Positions 23,151 to 36,590 are shown, counted from the first letter of the whole stretch. The stretch: DNA of 63,621 bases, filler included, from Octopus bimaculoides (GCF_001194135.2; 6 parts of 5 records of this genome joined end to end with filler, not necessarily neighbours in it); one strand, 5' to 3'. Notes: generated from the letters alone by a model not told the origin. Translations and numbers: made by a program.

Positions 23151-23449
23151 TGCGTACTTTAGCTCCGTTACAAACCTGATATTTTTTATCATATACGTGA
23201 TTTAGTAGTTATATATAAATAATCAGTCCAACGTTATTACTAGTGATATACCACATCATTTGAAGTTTTCTTTTCTTTTGCTGTTTCTTTCATTTGTATA
23301 TTTAGTTATAAATGCTGAGTGTACCATTTATTCGTCTTGGATGGAAATTAGGCTAAAGTTACCAGTGTGGGTGAAATAGTCAGCCACTTATACAAGATAT
23401 CGTACTCATTCCGCTTGACATTACGTCGTATTTTGTTAACCTAATATCC

Positions 23450-23662
23450 TTTCTACTATAGGCACACGGCCTTAAATTTTGTGCGGAGGGGACTAGCTGG
23501 TTACATCGAGCCCAGTATTCAACTGATACTTATTTCACCGATGTCGAAAGGTTGAAAGCCAAAGTCAACCGTGGCGGAATTTGAACTCAGAACGTAACGG
23601 TGGACAAAATGTTGCTAAGCATTTTGTCCGGCATGCTAGTGATTCTACCAGCTCGACTTCTT
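23450..23662 (-). mobile_element. Family-1 SINE
   Basis: Reverse complement aligns to 13098-13325. Confidence 0.8.
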
Positions 23663-24172
23663 ATATTGTTTACCTAACATCAAAATGGTTTTGGGCAAGT
23701 TTTTGAACAAAGACATACGCGTATAAATTAGTGGACTTAAATTCAGCGATGTTGTGCAAATGTACGCTTAATAAGCATATGTTAGTAGATTTATTTGCTA
23801 ATTTACCGACAAACACGCTGTGCCAGTACATTAGTTGTAATATAAAAGTGAAGAACACTTTTTCTTATAGCAAACAAAATTACACATAGCTTGCATCTTC
23901 TACAAACAAAAGAGATTTTGCTAAGCGAGATTTTGGTATCGGCTTCGACGCTGTAAATGTATGGATATACATGTGTGTGTGTATGTGTGTGTGTTGTGTG
24001 TGTGTGCATGTATGCACGTATGTATTAGAGTATAAATAATACACAATGCACAATGCTTCACACAAAACATTCTAAGATATATATATGTCTATGTGTGTCT
24101 ATACATATGGCTGTATGTATAGTTATATGTGATATTTATATACATATACATACATATACACACGCATATGTG

Positions 24173-24214
<42 letters not shown>

Positions 24215-24253
24215 ATATCACACTACAATCTTATAAAGATATATGTGCGTGTT

Positions 24254-24284
<31 letters not shown>

Positions 24285-24582
24285 GTGTGTATGTATATAT
24301 GTATGCATGCATTTATAGAAGTACATTTGTATGTATGTATGTCTATGTAGGCGTGTCTATGTATATACATGGTGGAGATTACTAGACACACATGAATCGG
24401 AAGGTATGACTTAATTCATGCTATAAAAGGCATTTAAATCACGGAGAGTAATCCACAAGCAATGATGTCAGAGTTATCAGACAAAATGTCTCCAATCTTC
24501 TATCTTCACTGAGATATTACGTCACTGCCTATTACTTAGAAATATTTATATTAAAATAAATGTCTTAAAAGTCCACGAAAGC

Positions 24583-24624
<42 letters not shown>

Positions 24625-24989
24625 GAACGTCATATATGAAGAATGATGTCACTATTTTAGCACAGAAGACAAAGTGTGAGTCACAGATAGTTGTTAGTTA
24701 ATGGAAAACATTGTTGTTGATGTTGTTATCGTCGTCTGTCTTGGGGCAAACTTGATCCACATGAACCTATTATCAAAAATATTCTAGTCCGGACCGTATA
24801 CATACGTATGGATGTATGTATAAACATATATGTATAAACATATATGTCTAAACATATAACGCATGTACTACGTACACACAAACACCCACATATACATATG
24901 TATACAAGCATGCATACATACATGCATACATACATACATGCATACATACATACATACATCTTAGCTGCTTTCTCGTATACGAGGTAAGC

Positions 24990-25385
24990 CATTTCAGGAA
25001 AGAATCACTGAAATGAGTCATTTGTGATGCAGTGTGAGGGCTTTGCTTGACTCTTGAACCCGGTGAAAGATTTTCACATTCTATTGCATAATGCCCGGCT
25101 GTGCTGACTGGCAGAAGAAACAGGTGCCACAGTATAAACACTTTCACATGCCTTTCCAATCTTCCAACTGAACGGCACACCTTTCCCCAGGTTGCACGTA
25201 TTCTGTTGTGAACAATAGCCATATCACAAGGTCGATTCCTAAGAGTTCTCTGATGGCTGACGAGGCCCGCACGACTCAATCACCTCCTCCCACGAACGAC
25301 ACGCATGAAAAGCAACACTCCCTCATTTTTCACAGGTTCATTCCTTCTAAGCCTTCTCTTAATCTTTTCAAGCCTCATTTTCATA
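24990..25385 (-). pseudogene. Decayed fragment with 2-3 C2H2-like zinc fingers, probably a LINE C-terminus
   Basis: KMRLEKIKRRLRR..GRR*LSRAGLVSHQRT..WGKVCRSVGRLERHVKV resembles the basic stretch plus CGRxCxSRxGLxSHxR end of some RTE-like LINEs. A decayed host ZNF exon is not excluded. Confidence 0.5.
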
Positions 25386-25649
25386 CATACATACATACAT
25401 ACATACATACATACACACACACCACCACCATTACCACCACATCCAATCTTCATTTAGTCATCTCTATTATAGCTCACATCCACAAAATCCAACACCACAT
25501 AGTTTTATAAATTTTGCATTTCAAACGCCCTTCCTTCTCTCAATTCTTTTCAAAATGAGGTAAGAAGCCTCTCTGAAGTTGCTCGTTTTGCTGGAAATAA
25601 CAGCCAAATTCCCTTCAAAGAACACATTACCTAGTTTAATACTTAAGTA

Positions 25650-25822
25650 CGATAGGGTGCTGAAAGGTTCCTGGCTTTAAGGTGAATCGCAAAAGTCCTT
25701 CTGTGTTCTTTTACAGGGCTTAGACAATTTGAAGGACAGCTGCAATAAGTGTGTGAATCCGAGAGGGGAATATGTTGCATGATCCTCCTACTCAAAGCCA
25801 GGAACTTTTCAGCACCCCCTCT
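25650..25822 (+). mobile_element. Mariner-derived MITE with 29-bp TIRs and TA target duplication
   Basis: TA|CGATAGGGTGCTGAAAGGTTCCTGGCTTT ... AAAGCCAGGAACTTTTCAGCACCCCCTCT|TA; the interior encodes GLDNLKDSCNKCVNPRGEYVA*, a mariner C-terminus. Confidence 0.9.
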
Positions 25823-26052
25823 TACACATTTAACAATACAGAGTCTGATACACAAGAACGGGATGTTTATTGGCGGAGCCCCTTTTTTCTTAGGTGACAC
25901 CAGGACTCAACTAAAGTTAAACAACAAAATCTACTCGTATAGGAAAGACATCATGTTTATATGTGCATGTTTGCATGCAATTCTGTGTATGAGCGTGCGC
26001 ACGCATGTGAACGTTTTTATTTTCCACGAAGCTAGTGTATAGTGTATTCAAA

Positions 26053-26200
26053 GTGGAGACGCATGGTTTAGTGGTTAGGGCGTTGGGTTGATGACCGCAA
26101 GTTTGTGGTTTCGATTCCTGGACCGGGCGTTGTGTTGTGCTCTTGAGCAATACACTTCACTTCACGTTGCTCCAGTCCACTCAGTTGGTAAAAATGAGAG
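26053..26200 (+). mobile_element. tRNA-derived SINE, family 3 (5' part)
   Basis: A-box TGGTTTAGTGG, B-box GGTTTCGATTCC, then TTGAGCAATACACTT..TTGCTCCAGTCCACTCAG; homologous to 39720-40095. Confidence 0.75.
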
Positions 26201-26557
26201 AGAGACCGACATCCCGTCCCCGGAAGAAAATGTACACCAAAGAAACCAGGAAACAAGCATTACACTCCTTACGGAATAATGTGGACCGACCAATGTATAA
26301 TCAATAAGACTGTATTATGTGGCTAATGTGTCTGACACCATAGGTCTAACGGATCAAGAGAGCCCAATATGAAACAAAAATAGTCACAACAATTATCATG
26401 CAGAAGTGACTGCCAACCATATTCTCTCCGACACAGATATCACATCTTGATACATTACACTGTGTAACAAAATTTTTATTTTTGTTTTTGTCTTTGGTCA
26501 ATAAGTGTTATTTCTTATTTGCTTCTGTCTAGAAATCAAGGGAAATGACTACTATAC

Positions 26558-26835
26558 CCTTCAAACTTTGCTTTTGTAGCCTACTTTCCATTACATTTCA
26601 GACAGATTCAGCGTTGTGTTGCTGAAGCTGAAATATCGTTATAGCAAATATTCTGCTCAATACAATAGATTTACTGGTCATTTTGCTTGGCCGTAACCAC
26701 TTGAGCAGGTTCTTAATGGCCGAGGATAAGTACATCTCTGATGATGAACAGGAGTAGTGGGAGAGCATCATTGCCATATGTTGAAAAGGATTCTTTTGGG
26801 GTTTGAATAGATGTAACCAAAGCAAAGTCTGAAGG
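26558..26835. mobile_element. Possible MITE with ~17-bp TIRs
   Basis: CCTTCAAACTTTGCTTT (26558) versus AAAGCAAAGTCTGAAGG (26819-26835), 16/17 inverted match. Confidence 0.45.
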
Positions 26836-27198
26836 AAATTTTAACCATTTTGCATACTTTCTAGACGTAAGCATATAGGAAATGACACTTACTACCCAAA
26901 GATAAAAATCGTGTTGCACAGTGCTATCCAGCTAAGATTGAAACAGATTCAGCCATATTAAATTTGAACCAATTCCAGACTCGTTTGAAATGAATAAATA
27001 TGTTAGTATTTTTTTTATAATTTGAGCAACGATTCTTTTTATATAAATTGAAATATCCCAGATACTTCGTCACAGGAAGGATATTATATTGTGACATTCA
27101 TCCCTTTCCTTTGGTTTTGGCAAAGGAATAAGTGATTCCAACAACGAATGTGGTGGCAAATTAATTCGGCATTCCTCTGAAATTTTATACAAATAGTG

Positions 27199-27249
<51 letters not shown>

Positions 27250-27562
27250 ATGTTGAAGAAGGACGGAACCGAATGAAACAGTTTTAACCGATACTAAACA
27301 TATTGAGTGCACTTATCTTTCGTTTGTCCATTCACTCGTATCTATCTATCTATTTATCTANNNNNNNNNNNNNNNNNNNNNNNNNNNNNNNNNNNNNNNN
27401 NNNNNNNNNNNNNNNNNNNNNNNNNNNNNNNNNNNNNNNNNNNNNNNNNNNNNNNNNNNNNNNNNNNNNNNNNNNNNNNNNNNNNNNNNNNNNNNNNNNN
27501 NNNNNNNNNNNNNNNNNNNNNNNNNNNNNNNNNNNNNNNNNNNNNNNNNNNNNNNNNNNNNA

Positions 27563-27593
<31 letters not shown>

Positions 27594-28024
27594 GAACTGT
27601 ATATCTTTCTATCTAACTATATATCTCCCTTTCTAACTATACATACATACATACATATATACATACAAACATACATACATACAAACATAGTAGGCTGTTT
27701 TGTGATGGTTAGATCAACAAAAATAGTACTCCATCTGGTGTGAGATGAATATTATTTAATAAGCACAATATATATTTTCATGTGTTACTAAGAGTATCAT
27801 GCAATGAAAACAACTCAGACTGTATTTTATAACAGGTCTCGTGCTTTCACGCAATCTTCAGGCTCTGCCCACATGGCATAGCAAGTTCCAGCATGTGGGC
27901 AGAGATCGAGGATAGATGAGGGCAGCAGATTTCTTATGAAATGTTGTCCGAGTCGTTTTCATAACTTAAAACAATTAGGAGCTACTAAAAATACATACTG
28001 TATTTATCAGATGCTTATATATAA

Positions 28025-28064
<40 letters not shown>

Positions 28065-28877
28065 NNNNNNNNNNNNNNNNNNNNNNNNNNNNNNNNNNNN
28101 NNNNNNNNNNNNNNNNNNNNNNNNNNNNNNNNNNNNNNNNNNNNNNNNNNNNNNNNNNNNNNNNNNNNNNNNNNNNNNNNNNNNNNNNNNNNNNNNNNNN
28201 NNNNNNNNNNNNNNNNNNNNNNNNNNNNNNNNNNNNNNNNNNNNNNNNNNNNNNNNNNNNNNNNNNNNNNNNNNNNNNNNNNNNNNNNNNNNNNNNNNNN
28301 NNNNNNNNNNNNNNNNNNNNNNNNNNNNNNNNNNNNNNNNNNNNNNNNNNNNNNNNNNNNNNNNNNNNNNNNNNNNNNNNNNNNNNNNNNNNNNNNNNNN
28401 NNNNNNNNNNNNNNNNNNNNNNNNNNNNNNNNNNNNNNNNNNNNNNNNNNNNNNNNNNNNNNNNNNNNNNNNNNNNNNNNNNNNNNNNNNNNNNNNNNNN
28501 NNNNNNNNNNNNNNNNNNNNNNNNNNNNNNNNNNNNNNNNNNNNNNNNNNNNNNNNNNNNNNNNNNNNNNNNNNNNNNNNNNNNNNNNNNNNNNNNNNNN
28601 NNNNNNNNNNNNNNNNNNNNNNNNNNNNNNNNNNNNNNNNNNNNNNNNNNNNNNNNNNNNNNNNNNNNNNNNNNNNNNNNNNNNNNNNNNNNNNNNNNNN
28701 NNNNNNNNNNNNNNNNNNNNNNNNNNNNNNNNNNNNNNNNNNNNNNNNNNNNNNNNNNNNNNNNNNNNNNNNNNNNNNNNNNNNNNNNNNNNNNNNNNNN
28801 NNNNNNNNNNNNNNNNNNNNNNNNNNNNNNNNNNNNNNNNNNNNNNNNNNNNNNNNNNNNNNNNNNNNNNNNNNNNN

Positions 28878-28934
<57 letters not shown>

Positions 28935-29550
28935 GTATATAAATATGTGTGTGTGTATATGTATATGAAGGTATTTGTTTGCGCGTGTATAGATTTGTGT
29001 TCATCTGTGAATGTTTACTTTCATCTCTTAAAACTCGCATCACGTCAGTCTTATAATGCGATAAAAGTTAGTCACTCATAAACATATATGTTTATACGAG
29101 AAGCAACGTCTTCGAGTATTTACGTCATTCATCATAATATTCGATAAAACTAGGGAAAATGTCTTCGTTTCGTTGGGAAACTGCGAGATATAAAAAGTTC
29201 ATTTTCTTGTTTTATTAGCGAGCAAGCAATCCTTTCTCGCACGCAAGCTTGTATTAATACGTTCTGACGTCTAAACTAAATTTCAGCATATGTCAAGGAA
29301 AATATATGCATGTGTGCGTATGTGTGTATGTATGTGGATTGGTGCATATGTGCATGTGTATGTGTGTGCGTGTTTGTATGTATGTGTATAAGTATGTATG
29401 TATACATGTGCTTTTGTATGTATGTATGTATATACATACATATATATANNNNNNNNNNNNNNNNNNNNNNNNNNNNNNNNNNNNNNNNNNNNTTAATTAA
29501 TTAANNNNNNNNNNNNNNNNNNNNNNNNNNNNNNNNNNNNNNNNNNNNTA

Positions 29551-29594
<44 letters not shown>

Positions 29595-31283
29595 GAGGGT
29601 GGGTGATGGTTTGCTACTTATCGAACTTTATAAATTTAAGCTTCAAAAGTGTGTATTTTTTTATTTATGAGCCAAGTTTATAAATTGTACTTTCAACTCC
29701 GAGTATATTTCTAGTGTATAAAGAACGACACATAATTTATATGCAAATGTATAAGTTTCAATCACTAAGGTAAAATGAGTTTCATTTTGGTGATATTTGA
29801 AAAGGTTAATGGATATTTAAATATATTATATAGATATACCTAAAACTTTGAAGTATTCGTATCCGTTAAAAGTCCATTGAATTACCATTAATACTTGGAA
29901 AATCAATACAATTTATCCTGGTTTGTCTCTATAATCTTGAATTTTATATGGCAATTAAATTGTCAAATAAAAAACTAGAAAGTGCTTTTTTTCTGAGCCA
30001 TGACTGAACGTCATACGTGCAATTAAATGATGAATGGTTAGGTATTAATTCAAACAGCTCACTACTATTGTCCTTAAGTTATCTATGCATGCGTGTAAAA
30101 GCGCTAACCAATGATTACTTCGAAAATAATTTCTTAAAATGGCACAGATATATTAATATCAAATACTACTATTTCTCTGTTCAAGTTCATTTTTTCCGAA
30201 ATACAATAAACCAAGAGGTCAGTGCTTAAGAGGTTTCTGCAGTTAACCGAATGAGAGATAAATGAAATTTGGTGTGGTCTTTACATAAACGTAGCTGAAC
30301 ATCTTCAAAATCTTTCTCTTCTGCAGCAAAACGATAGGATATCTGCTATTCTCTTCAGCTCGCAGCTAAAAGTAAAACATGATTCCTTTTTATATCTCCT
30401 TACTGCACATATAACCATATTGATTTGTATGAAAATCGATTCTAATGTAGGCTTAATCAATCTAATGCCTCTCCACTCTAACCATATTGCCTTAACGTGT
30501 TCCAGTAATGATTGTTAAAATAATAAAAGTAACACATAAACAAACAAACAAAATATCAAAGGACTTGATTAGCAATCAAGTAGTGATTTATTTTTTTACA
30601 GACAAAATCTAATCGTATAATCACAAAATCTTTGGATTTCAGTTCATAAAGAAATGTTTCCTCTAATCATTACTAAGAGAAAATGAAAATTTGCATGACA
30701 ATAAAATTGATCATTTACTAAAATGGGTTCTAGATTTTTTTTTTGTGTGTTATTTAAAATAAAAACCTCATCATTTTATTTCAGAAAACATTAACCACCG
30801 ACATATTTATCAATGAGCGTGCGCTGTAAATTCAATCAGGAATCAAGGGATTTCACAGCAGCATAATGTAGGAAGCTTGTGCTTGTTCTAATGATCTGAT
30901 AGTAGTAGTAACCAAACAACCCATATAGGGCATTCTATTGTCTTAAAAAACAAACATGAACATATACATTTCCTAATATATTCTATGATTATATTATTAA
31001 ATATACAGTGTAGTTACACATAAGTACTAAAAAGAAAAAAAAAACTTATAAAAAACAAAGAACGAATATTCGTGGCTGAAATGTTTTCTGGAACAAGTTT
31101 ATGTCACTGGGAGAACAATGTTACTAGCAAAAGCTAATATAAAGGTTTAGTAAAATTGACCAAGAATTGTGTCTTATCATTGAAACCAACAACCATACAG
31201 AATCATATTTGAAAAAAAAAATGCAGATTCATATCTCTATCTCTCTTTCTCTGTCTCCCTCTTTCACTCTATATATATATATA

Positions 31284-31438
31284 GGCGTGACTGTGTGTTA
31301 AGCATGCATTCCAACCGCATGGTTCCTGATCCAGTCCTACTGCTTGGCACCTTGAGAAATATTATTCTGCTATAGTGTCCGGCTGGCCGAAGCTTTGCAA
31401 GTAGATTTCGATGACAGAACTTGAAAGAAGCCCGTCGT

Positions 31439-31440
<2 letters not shown>
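31284..31440 (+). mobile_element. SINE family 2, 5' part
   Basis: TAGGCGTGACTGTGTGTTAAG..GGCACCTTGAG..GAAAGAAGCCCGTCG. Confidence 0.7.
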
Positions 31441-31476
<36 letters not shown>

Positions 31477-31743
31477 GTATGGAGAGATTACGTCTGGGTG
31501 GAGAATTATACGAGGTATAGTACTATACAGAATACCGAAAGGATCTTCACCTCTTACATCACACCTTTCTTCCTACTTCAACGCCGAGGTGGTATAATTT
31601 CCTGGGAGAGAAATAATTTTGCGGCTGAGGATAGCTTTACATTGTAAATTATACACATATTATATTATACACATATAAAGCTTGAAACACGTGTACCGCG
31701 GAATCCTTTGTAGTTTTGTTGTTATTTTTTTGGATTTACAATT

Positions 31744-31779
<36 letters not shown>

Positions 31780-34249
31780 TGTGTGTGTGTATGCATATAT
31801 ATTTTCTTTTAGTCTTTTATTCCACGTTGTTTCGCAATGCATGAACGATGATTCTGTGTTGCATCTTATTATCAGCCTCAAATCTCTGAATAGATCACTA
31901 AAAGATAATTCCGTATGTGTATTAAATATGTATACACATAATGTGGTATATTTGCTACAATAACGTTTAATTATCTTCGCTAAGTCCATGTGATCTCTAT
32001 GTAATAATTCTTTGTTATCAAATTATTGTAGAATCGATAAATTTATTTGTAGGAACAGACTTTATTGAATCTTGGAATGCAACGGTCAAATGAGTAAAGA
32101 ATATTCATCAGGTCACTTAGTGATGGCTATTTGCATCTCAGGTGTATCCAGTACCTTAATCCTTGCTACTTAGAGAGTGCAGGTGAAAAGCTCTTAAATT
32201 TGCATCATTTTCTAACTGTTAAACAACTCCGTTCTCGGTAACATCTAAAATGAAAATGATTTCTTTATGAATATAATTTAGATTTTATGACCATACTGGA
32301 ATTCTTTGCATTGAATTAGGTAAGTAGCCTGTCTTTTCCTTTGAATGGAATATCTTTTGTATTCATTCAAAAATTTGATTAATAAAATACTGCGATATGT
32401 AAGTTAGGCAGCTAAGATTGATTTCGGCCATTATCGGCCCAGGCTACATCTAACTAAATAGCAGCAGATTGAGCAGCCCTTTAGGACGTTATAGCCCACT
32501 TGTGAATAGGGAAATTTCTGTCCGTTGCGATGTATTAATGTGTCGGGGCTTGTCAGGTAGTTTTTGAAGAATTTATTCAGGTACGGTTTAAATGATATCG
32601 GGTCTATTTTCTTTTATTTTTATCTGTTACGAACGGATGGTATCTAACGCATAATCAGTTGAGCTAAAAATCAAATGATTATGCTTTAATGCCGTATGAG
32701 TTTCGTTTTCGCGGGGGCGAGGACCGCACCGTGGGTGATTTTGAATTACATTCGTGCATCGTTGGACACTATTGATAGAATATTATTCATAATATTTAAA
32801 TGGTACTGCATCAACAGCAGATTGAATCCTCGGTTTTTAAAAATAGAAAGCGTTACACGTGTGCATAAACCTAATTAGTTACCAATACGTTACTTTAGAA
32901 TAACTGCCTACTAGTTGCGTTCCATTAGAATTAGTTTCCTAGACTAACCGCAATTATACCATTAATCCATTTAAACAGACTAGTTATCTATTAAAAACTA
33001 AATTCTATGAATTTCCGTTCAATGTTTGTTCTATGTTACGAATTGTTTCAATTGGCATATATAAGATGCATTTGTTGATGAATTAAACAGCTATCAGCTG
33101 TTTTTCTTTAATTTTATTTTAGTTTCATTTACTGAAAGAAAAACAATGCATTTTGTTTGGTAGTGTTGCGTATTTAGATTATAGTTTAATGAATATAAGT
33201 CAATTGAAATGAAGAACGTTGCGTTAGGTAGACAGATACACGTCTATTCACGGTTGGGTAACATAACTAGAACCTAGAACAGCTGGCATCTTAAGTAAAG
33301 ATATGTTAAGATAAGACAGAAGTAGGTTAATGCTCAAAGTTTAGAAATAACATAACTGTACCGGAATGACGTTAAACAAATTGCCAAAGTTTACGGAAAT
33401 ACGTACTTAGCAATACACACATTGTGAAGAAAATTGATTACACAGACATTCACTGTTAAGTATCATAGTAACTTAAGACATTCTTCTCTAGTGGACCAGA
33501 TATCATAAAATCAGGCACAGATGCATACATAGGCATGCATGCACAATAGACACACATACTTACAGATACACACGCACACATAGGCACACACATATTTGTG
33601 CCTGAGTATGTTATTATATAACTCGTAGAGTGTTTGGAATATATTTGTTAATATGCCATACGCTTCTAAATTTACTTATAATAAATCCGTTAGTATTATG
33701 AAATAATTTAGAAAAGCCAAAAAAAAAAAAAGAAGAAACGAAAAAAAATAACAGGTGTTCTCGCCCACGTATGTTACGATGTTATTTTTTTTTTCAGAAC
33801 TTTTCAGTAGTGATAAACGATTTCAGCGTACGATTTAAAATGCTTTAAAGAGAAGTAGATAATTTGTTTCCTGTAAGATAATAATACGACAGGTATTCAT
33901 TTCCTTATTTAGAATGCGTTTGAGCAGTTTATATATTTCCACTGTTCCCTTCAAATCTAAATTATCGTGAATTTTTCTTATTCAGTAGTTGCAAGAATAG
34001 GCACGTGTCTTCGTATTTATGTATAATATATACACATTGTATATACAGATGTATGTCAGTGTATATAAATATATAGGTTTGTGTGAGTATGTACGAGCGT
34101 GCGTGTGGGTGTATGATATATATAAGCAGCAGAAATATTTCTACTGCTTTTAAATAAAGCATATTACACTACCTCTGGTATTTGAGTACTCTTTTTTCCA
34201 CCTTGTTGCACATTTATGTGCTTACTCCGGTATATATGTATGTATACAT

Positions 34250-34280
<31 letters not shown>

Positions 34281-34309
34281 CATGATTGTACACTATTTAT
34301 ACATATATA

Positions 34310-34560
34310 TTCTTTTGTTGTTCTATTTGTCTTAGTCATTTGAATGTAGCCATGTTGGAGCACCACCTTCAGGAGTTTTGGTCGAACAAATCGGCACTAG
34401 AACTTATTCTGCCGGTTCTTTTGCCGAACAGCTAAGTTACGGAGACATAAACGCACCAACATGTAAAGCGACGGTGAGGGATACAAACACAGTCACGAAC
34501 ACATAAATATATACATATATAGTGCTTGTTTTCAGTTTTTCGATATCAGTGAATAATTTC
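34310..34560 (-). mobile_element. SINE family 2
   Basis: GTAGCCATGTTGGAGCACCACCTTCAGG..GCTAAGTTACGGAGACATAAAC. Confidence 0.7.
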
Positions 34561-34577
34561 ACTGGAAAAACTTATAT

Positions 34578-34822
34578 ATATTCGCCAAGGGATGCCTTTT
34601 GCATCGAAGGTCGGCGATTGTCGTACGCTGAAGAAGGGAAATAACCCTGAAACTCGAGTACGTACGTATCGTAGATCAAGATGGGAAGGATAACTTCCCT
34701 TGGCAAATACAGACAGGACACAGAAGTGTGTCGATAGCCAGCTGGAGGAGATGTCCTCCTGGGGCTAAAAGCAACAGTAACATCCACCCCTCGGGGTCAG
34801 CGACATTTAAGTGGCAAATATA
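34578..34822 (+). mobile_element. Short structured hammerhead-carrying element; degenerate second copy at 41581-41760
   Basis: Bounded by TATT(C/T)GCC..GGCAAATA; the 3' half AGCCAGCTGGAGGAGATGTC..GGGGCTA..ACATTT..TGGCAAATATAC is shared by both copies. Confidence 0.65.
34615..34671 (+). ncRNA. Minimal type I hammerhead ribozyme with canonical core
   Basis: CGAU-UGU-CGUACG | CUGAAGA | AGGG-AAAUAA-CCCU | GAAA | CUCGAG | UA^ | CGUACG-U-AUCG. All conserved core bases are present, with a GUA cleavage triplet (cut after 34660) and palindromic stem III ACUCGAGU. Confidence 0.85.
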
Positions 34823-34875
34823 CTACACTTTATCGTGCAGTTACTGTTAATATCTCGTTCAGAGATTTAACATTG

Positions 34876-34923
<48 letters not shown>

Positions 34924-34929
34924 AACACA

Positions 34930-35400
34930 CTCGCACATATATACGACGGGTTTCTTTCAGTTTCCGCCTACTAAATCCACTCACAAGGCTTTGGTTGGGT
35001 CGAGACTATGGTAGAAGACACTTGCCCAAGCTGAGCCCGGAACCATGATACTGGAAAGCAAGGTTCTTTCCACACAGGCCCGCCAACCCCTACGAGAGAA
35101 TCTAAAGATTTTAACTGCTTAAAAGTATAGCGGACGAAAGATGACCAACTCTGGTTGTAAAACAGCTAGATATATGCATATATGTATGTAGGTATGTATG
35201 TATGCGTTTGCTCTTGTCTTTGTACTTCACTTTCGTTTGACAACTGGTGTTGGTGTGTTTATGTCTCCATAATTTAGCAGTTGAATAAAAGTGAATGATA
35301 AAATAAGCAAAAAAGTACCAGGCTCAGAAATGAAATAAGTACAGTGTCAATTCGTTCGATTGAATTACTTTAAGGCGCTGCACAAGCACGCCAGATATAT
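34930..35400. mobile_element. SINE family 2 pieces (- 34930-35065, + 35225-35400)
   Basis: Align to 10885-11310. Confidence 0.65.
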
Positions 35401-36541
35401 CAAACATGTAGTCTTATGATGGAAAGAACTAAAAGTGAAAGATATAATATTCTCGTTCGATCAGACGTCGTATTTTCAGATTTGTATTTTCCCTCTGTTG
35501 AAAATACAACACCTGGCTGCTATTCAGAAGAGCAAAATAAGACAATTATGGCGCACTTAGTGCATCAATTTCTGTATCTTTCTTTCAGTAGACATACAAA
35601 TATATGCACGCACATGGGCTGGTACGCTGGGGCAAACACTGCATTTGACATTGGTGTGCGATGAATTGAACAATTAACGTTTGGCATTCCGTACAGCTGT
35701 GCAGGCAAATTCTATTTGATTGAGCGAATGAACTAATGTACAGCACAAATAATTGATGACTATTTACAAATCATCTGCGCCGGTTGTTCAGCAAGAATTT
35801 GCACAATACGCATCAGTCATCCACGAAAGGAAAGTCCACCACATATCTAATCTATCTATCTATCTATCCATCTATCTATCTATTTGAGTGTTTGTTTTCA
35901 GACACACTTATACACACACACACAGACACTCGTCAACTAAAAAATTAAAAAAAGGCAAGTTATACATAACCCTAGGCGCAGTAAGGTCCTCTGACAGAAA
36001 GTGAGACGCAACGCAACAAAGTTCGAACTGACGTGTTATGGATATATCTGCTTCAATTATGAGCTTGTCAAACTAAGGTACTTAGCTTTCTCTTTCGTCA
36101 ACTTATTAAGATAAGTGTTTTTGTGGCTGAGTCGTTTTTTGACTCTTGTTTCTAGCAACGCTGGTAATATTTTGTACCCTTGTTTATAAATTTGCCTGTA
36201 GATTTTAATTGCTGATGGGCCACCTACATTATATATAATATATATATACTGGCATACATACATGTTCATCCATATATACATGCTCAGAGACATGCATATG
36301 CATACTGACTTATACTAATTAAGACATTCCTGTTACCTGTATGCCACTTCGCAGGTAGATAAGAAAATGTGGTGAATCAGTAATAAAATATAATTTCAGA
36401 TATTTAAAGGTGCGAGATTACAATGCGTAATTAATAAGAAACATAGCTAAGCAATTTTAAACATCAACCCATCCTAGAAATATATGTGAAAATTAGACGC
36501 AGAAGGATATGTACACAGGCACAAAGATCACGCATAAACAC

Positions 36542-36590
<49 letters not shown>

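Noticed and set aside
32282-32319. 38-nt micro-exon before AG|GTAAGT
   Set aside because: Good donor but weak acceptor, and the peptide is not recognisable; such matches are expected by chance.
34735-34810. HDV-like ribozyme reading of the 3' domain
   Set aside because: A P2-like AGATGT/ACATTT pairing exists, but the P3/L3 segment is too short and the GG needed for P1.1 is missing after P1'. Kept only as an unassigned structured domain.
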